Assembly (NCBI GenBank): GCA_963725665.1
Contig: CAVRZA010000004.1
Coordinates: forward strand, 589,834 to 653,833
Direction: 5' to 3'
Origin: an uncultured Actinomycetes bacterium
GTDB taxonomy: Bacteria; Actinomycetota; Thermoleophilia; UBA2241
Length of the DNA stretch: 64,000 nt
Under the pieces are notes generated by a model that saw nothing but the letters and a program-made list of their open reading frames with translations, ran no database searches and was not told where the DNA came from. Positions 59,045-64,000 of this stretch are shown here, one piece after another. How positions within the stretch are numbered: position 1 is the first letter of the stretch; every line of letters starts with the position of its first letter. The position numbers and the translations under genes are program-made.

Positions 59045-59129
59045 AGTCGTTCGCGCATTTGCCTGCCGCAGAACGAACCGTGGAGACAACACAGTTGGCT
59101 CTGCGGTTTGGCGGCTAGCGCGAACGACT
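59045..59129. repeat. GC-rich hairpin element with 12-bp terminal inverted repeats
   Basis: agtcgttcgcgc...gcgcgaacgact, inner ccgcaga/tctgcgg. Confidence 0.55.
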
Positions 59130-59253
59130 GATGGCAATCAAAATGGAGAATCTTTATTTTCGACTTTGTACTATTGGTATTTTCAGGATTCATTTTTGCT
59201 CATATCGAGTTATGTAATTTTCATAAAAGCTTGTTCTTGTCCAAAAAACACAA

Positions 59254-59295
59254 AAAAAGCTTAAATTTCACAGTAAAGTGAAATTTAAGCTTTTT
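59254..59295 (-). terminator. Intrinsic terminator downstream of ylaH
   Basis: aaaaagcttaaatttcac-agtaaa-gtgaaatttaagcttttt. Confidence 0.8.
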
Positions 59296-59296
59296 A

Positions 59297-59695
59297 TTAT
59301 TTAGCCATCGCCTTTTTCTCTTCGCGTTTTTCACGCCACATACGAGATTTATAGACGATTAAAATAAGGGCTGCCACCATTAAACCTTCGATCATCGGTA
59401 AGAAGAATGCGAAAAACGTCAACATAATACAGCCTAAAAACAGGAATGTATAAATAACGATATTTTTCAACAATGGCAATTCTCGCGCAAAACCTAACTT
59501 AAAAACAATTGCAGATAAAATAAATACTAAAATGAATACAACATAGCCAGCTACCTCAAAGCTTGGCATATTCTCATAAATGTAACGCGTAATACCTGAC
59601 ATACGCTCATATACAAAACTTTCTGTTTCTAAGTCATTTGAAGATACCAATGCTTGTGCAAAATTCAAGTTAAACCAATTTAACAACAATTCCAC
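59297..59695 (-). CDS. ylaH: YlaH-like membrane protein
   Basis: '[17 protein letters not shown]...FLPMIEGL'; adjacent to typA; start uncertain. Confidence 0.85.
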   Translation of the reverse strand: MELLLNWFNLNFAQALVSSNDLETESFVYERMSGITRYIYENMPSFEVAGYVVFILVFILSAIVFKLGFARELPLLKNIVIYTFLFLGCIMLTFFAFFLPMIEGLMVAALILIVYKSRMWREKREEKKAMAK

Positions 59696-59813
59696 CCCTT
59701 TATTTTAGTGTTATAGAAAATATTTCCACGATATGTATAGAAGTACGCCAAGCTAAATAAATAACTTGACGCACAGGTACTATATTAATTATAACGAAAG
59801 CAAAATATTATTC

Positions 59814-61672
59814 TTACTCAGCAGCGATTTTTTTCTTTTTCGTTACACGTTCACGTTCACTTTTCTCAAGAATTTTTTTACGTAAACGAATTGATTCAGG
59901 TGTTACTTCTAAATACTCATCATCATTTAAAAATTCTAATGCTTCTTCAAGCGTCAAAATTCTTGGTTTTTTAATAACGTTCGTTTGGTCTTTGTTAGCT
60001 GAACGAATGTTTGTCTTTTGTTTTGCTTTTACAATATTTACAGTGATATCATTATCACGATTATTTTCTCCAACGATCATACCTTCGTAAATTTCAGTAC
60101 CTGGTTCAACAAATAATGTACCACGGTCTTCTACACCCATCATACCGTAAGTTGTTGCTTTACCTGTTTCCATTGAAACAAGAACACCTTGATGACGTCC
60201 ACCAACTTGACCAGCTACTACATGGTTGGTAAGCTATCAAATGTATGGTTAATAATACCAAAACCACTTGTTAAGTGACATGAATTCAGTTGTATAACCA
60301 ATTAATCCACGAGCAGGTACCATGAAGATTAAACGAACTTGTCCGTTACCGTTGTTGACCATATCTAACATTTCACCTTTACGTGCACCAATAGATTCGA
60401 TAATTGAACCTACACTTTCTTCAGGAACATCAATTTGAACGCGTTCAACTGGTTCACATTTTACACCATCAATTTCTTTAATGATTACTTGTGGTTTAGA
60501 TACTTGTAAGTTCAAAGCCTTCACGACGCATGTTTTCAATTAAGAATCGATAAATGAAGCTCACCACGACCTGAAACTGTCCAAGCATCAGGAGAATCAG
60601 TATCTTCAACACGTAAAGATACGTCTGTTTGTAATTGAGAACGTAAGACGTTCTTCAATTTTACGTGAAGTAACCCATTTACCTTCACGACCTGCAAATG
60701 GACTAGTTGTTTACTAAGAATGTCATTTGTAGTGTTGGCTCATCAATGCGTAAGGATTGGAAGTGCTTCTTGATGTTCTGTTGGACAAACTGTTTCCCCA
60801 ACGTTAATATCTTCCATACCAGAAACAGCGATTAAATCCCCTGGGATATGCTTCTTCAATTTCTACACGTTTTAAACCGAAGAAACCAAAAATTTTCGTT
60901 ACACGGAATTGTTTAACTGTTCCATCAAGCTTCATTAATGCAACTTGTTGACCAACATTCAATTGTTCCACGGAATACACGACCAATACCAATACGACCT
61001 ACATAGTCATTATAATCAAGCAATGCTACTTGGAATTGTAATGGCTCTTCGCTGTTATCAATTGGTGCAGGAAATTGTTCAATAATTGTTTCAAATAAGG
61101 CATTCATGTTTTCTTCTTGTTTCGCTGGATCTGGATCTAAATGAAGCTGTACCGTTTACACCTGAAGCATAAACAACTGGGAATTCTAATTGATCTTCAT
61201 CTGCACCTAATTCAATAAATAAATCTAATACTTCATCAACTACTTCTTCTGGACGAGCTGAATCTTTATCAATTTTGTTTACAACAACGATTGGTGTTAA
61301 TTTTTGTTCTAATGCTTTTTTCAATACGAAACGTGTTTGTGGCATACAGCCTTCATAAGCATCAACAACAAGTACAACACCATCTACCATTTTCATAATA
61401 CGTTCTACTTCACCACCAAAGTCAGCATGTCCTGGTGTATCCAGAATGTTAATACGTGTATCTTTATAATGAACAGCAGTATTTTTCGCTAAGAATTGTA
61501 ATTCCGCGTTCTCGTTCTATATCATTTGAATCCATTGCACGTTCTTCTACATGTTCATTTTCACGGAAATGTACCTGATTGCTTTAATAATTGGTCGACT
61601 AGTGTTGTTTTACCATGGTCAACGTGGGCAATAATTGCAATATTTCGTAATATCTTGACGTAAATTTGTCAT
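59814..61672 (-). CDS. typA: Translational GTPase TypA/BipA, multiple frameshifts
   Basis: '[14 protein letters not shown]', '[14 protein letters not shown]', 'NKID', 'PARGLIGY', '[11 protein letters not shown]'. Confidence 0.95.
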
Positions 61673-61800
61673 TATTCCACTCCATATTCTTTTTTCAGTT
61701 GTTTAACTGTGTTATTATAGCACATGTAGACGCAAATGTCTTTTCAGAATATTGTCACATTATTTTTATGACTATACTTAATAGTTGAGGAGGGGTTCTC

Positions 61801-62019
61801 ATGAATAAAGCAAAATTAGTTATGTTTATTTACTCTTTAGCAGCATTACTTTCTATGATAGGGATTGGCTTTTCAGCATCATTAGTATTTATGGCAGGTA
61901 CAGATAAGTACGATACAACGGGCTATCTTAGCGCCTTAGCATGTGTTATTGCAATGTGATTATTTTTATGCTAGGCATGAAACAAAAGAAAAAATTTGTA
62001 GCAAGCAGGTCTTTTATAA
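61801..62019 (+). CDS. YlaF-like small membrane protein, frameshifted
   Basis: GAGGAGG RBS, two hydrophobic stretches, position between typA and suhB. Confidence 0.6.
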
Positions 62020-62025
62020 ACCGAT

Positions 62026-62068
62026 AAAAACCACCAAATGATAGTAGATCTCATTTGGTGGTTATTTT
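62026..62068. terminator. Bidirectional terminator
   Basis: aaccaccaaatga...tcatttggtggtt with flanking A/T runs between convergent genes. Confidence 0.8.
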
Positions 62069-62860
62069 TTATTTTTCTTCTATATAGTTATCCAAAATTA
62101 ATTGATGGATATATGGATTTGCTATTAAAAACGTGTCTGACTTCATTAAATCAAAACCTTCACCATTTAAATTCGTAGCGATTGCACCTACTTCTTGTGC
62201 AATGACAATACCGCCACCAATATCCCATGGTGCTAAGCGCATCGAAATATATGCATCCAATTTACCGCTCACGACAAAAGCAATTTCCATTGCAGCAGAG
62301 CCGTATGAACGTGTACCACGTACAGTTTGGATAAGGTCAATTAATTTTTCATGATTAATTTTAGGATTTGGCGTTACCCAGTTTGCGTTTATGCCAATAA
62401 CTGCCTCTTCGATTTTTAACGGCTGCAGTTTGCGCAGTGGTGAATCGTTGTACCATGCACCTTCTCCTGCAATCGCGTAAAATAAATCTTCACGCATCAC
62501 ATCAAATATGTACCCCAGTTTACCTACCCCATCGATATAAACACCAATTGTAATCATAAAATGGCGATGTTGTTTCACAAAATTCATCGTTCCATCAATT
62601 GGATCGATAATCCATACAACACCGTCTAACGAATCAGGTCTTTCCCCCATTCCCTCTTCCCCGATAATTTTATGAGAAGGATTAAACGCTTGAATCTGTT
62701 CGATAAAGAAAAGTTCCGTTTCACGATCAATATTCGTTACTAAATCATTTGCACTTGATTTTGTTTCTACTTCTAAATCATATGTAAACGACTCACGTAT
62801 CCGTCTACCAGCTTCAAAAATTATATCCTTAGCAAAAGCATCTAATTGCTTTAAATCCAT
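62069..62860 (-). CDS. suhB: Inositol monophosphatase family protein
   Basis: 'DLVTNIDR', 'GEE', 'WIIDPIDGTMNF', 'PWDIGGG'. Confidence 0.92.
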   Translation of the reverse strand: MDLKQLDAFAKDIIFEAGRRIRESFTYDLEVETKSSANDLVTNIDRETELFFIEQIQAFNPSHKIIGEEGMGERPDSLDGVVWIIDPIDGTMNFVKQHRHFMITIGVYIDGVGKLGYIFDVMREDLFYAIAGEGAWYNDSPLRKLQPLKIEEAVIGINANWVTPNPKINHEKLIDLIQTVRGTRSYGSAAMEIAFVVSGKLDAYISMRLAPWDIGGGIVIAQEVGAIATNLNGEGFDLMKSDTFLIANPYIHQLILDNYIEEK

Positions 62861-62999
62861 CGTACAAACCACCCCTCGCATTCTGCTTCCGCGTATTATG
62901 ATGAACAGTTTTAAATTCAACTATAGAGTTATTATAGCAAAAATCACCTGCTGTCCGAACATTCAGCAAGTGATTTTTTACACAGGTATGAACTTTTTG

Positions 63000-63197
63000 T
63001 TACGCATACGCATGGAGACCTTCTAATTCCTCATGGATTTCTTGCAAACGTTTTTTTGATTTTTTCATATCTACTTCGTTATTTTCCTTCATTGCAGCAT
63101 ACAGTGAGGCCAATTCATAGTCGAGTTCTAACCGTAAAATGTGTTCATATTGCTTTTCAATGTCCACTTTGCGTATAATTTTAATCATCTGTTTCAT
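63000..63197 (-). CDS. YkzI-like small protein
   Basis: 'LRLELDYELASL'; position between suhB and yktB as in Bacillus. Confidence 0.65.
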   Translation of the reverse strand: MKQMIKIIRKVDIEKQYEHILRLELDYELASLYAAMKENNEVDMKKSKKRLQEIHEELEGLHAYA

Positions 63198-63318
63198 TTA
63201 CCATCACTTCCTTAGTGTTTTTTACAAGACTTTTTGACATTCACGAAAGTTTGTGTTATAAGATTTTTTCCCAAAAACGTATTAAAATAAACCTAAAAAT
63301 CGAAAGGAGTTTTTATTT

Positions 63319-63944
63319 TTGAGTAATATACAATGGAGTTCGGAAGATTTTGATGTTTTTCAAATAAATGGTTTAGATGAGCGAATGGAAGCACTAACGA
63401 AAATCGTTCGTCCTAAATTCCAAACACTTGGTGAAACTTTTTCAAGCTACTTCAGCGCTAAAACTGGAGATGAATTTTTCCCTCATGTTGCGAAGCATGC
63501 ACGTCGTACCGTCAATCCCCCAAAGATTCTTGGGTAGCTTTTGCGCCAAATAAACGCGGTTACAAAGCATTGCCTCATTTTCAAATTGGGTTGTGGAATA
63601 GTCACTTATTTATTGTTGTTGCAGTAATTTACGAAGCACCTCAAAAAGCGGAGATGGCTCAGCGTTTATTACATAACATGGATGCTTTTAATCAATTAAG
63701 TGACGATTACATTATCTCGGGTGATCATATGTCCCCTGATGCAATTCGTTTAGGGGAAGCGCGTGGTGAAAAGCTTGAAAAACTGATGATGCGCTTACGC
63801 GATGTAAAAAAAGGTGAATTTTTGGTTGGGCGACATATCGTAGCTGACGATGCAATTAACCTTTCTTCCAATGAGTTTATGCAATTAGTCGAAAAAACAT
63901 TCGATGATTTATTACCAATTTACAATATCATCATCGGAAAATAG
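63319..63944 (+). CDS. yktB: YktB (DUF1054) family protein, frameshift near 63520
   Basis: 'DFDVFQINGLDERM', 'PHVAKHARRTVNPP', 'PHFQIGLW'. Confidence 0.88.
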
Positions 63945-64000
63945 ATTTTTATTAACAGATGTGTAGTTTTCCTACATATCTGTTATTTTATTTTATGTAA

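Noticed and set aside
53621-63944. Mass pseudogenisation or programmed frameshifting of ftsW, typA, ylaN and yktB
   Set aside because: Conserved core genes with scattered 1-nt indels; sequencing error is the simpler explanation
53466-64000. Horizontally acquired low-GC genomic island
   Set aside because: Core housekeeping synteny, genes cut at the join, no mobility genes and a different error rate

Overview
The window joins two unrelated genomes. Bases 1-53465 are high-GC DNA (about 70% by eye); the gene content suggests an actinobacterium, plausibly an anaerobic Thermoleophilia-like lineage (inference). This part carries transporters, a LacI-controlled fructosamine (frlB/frlD)-like locus, a sarcosine/proline-oxidase-like pair and a saccharopine-dehydrogenase-family gene with an APC permease. 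It also has a five-gene NuoEFG/HydABC-like plus NfnAB redox operon, a divergent gcvPA/gcvPB cluster with an AcoX-like kinase and SDRs, and two release-factor-like proteins. From 53466 to 64000 the DNA is low-GC (about 35% by eye) Bacillales core chromosome resembling Lysinibacillus/Solibacillus (pyc, ftsW, ylaN, ylaI, ABC transporter, ylaH, typA, suhB, yktB). The join cuts both pyc and an SDR gene, and dense indels point to long-read errors and a chimeric join. No tRNA, rRNA gene, CRISPR array or transposase was seen. Best novelty candidates: a self-contained 16S rRNA helix-16 mimic hairpin beside arfB, the NuoEFG-NfnAB operon whose large subunit lacks the Mo-ligand residue, the divergent GcvP/AcoX cluster, and an Rpf-like domain on a PcsB-type coiled coil. 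All assignments come from motif recognition; no database search was run.
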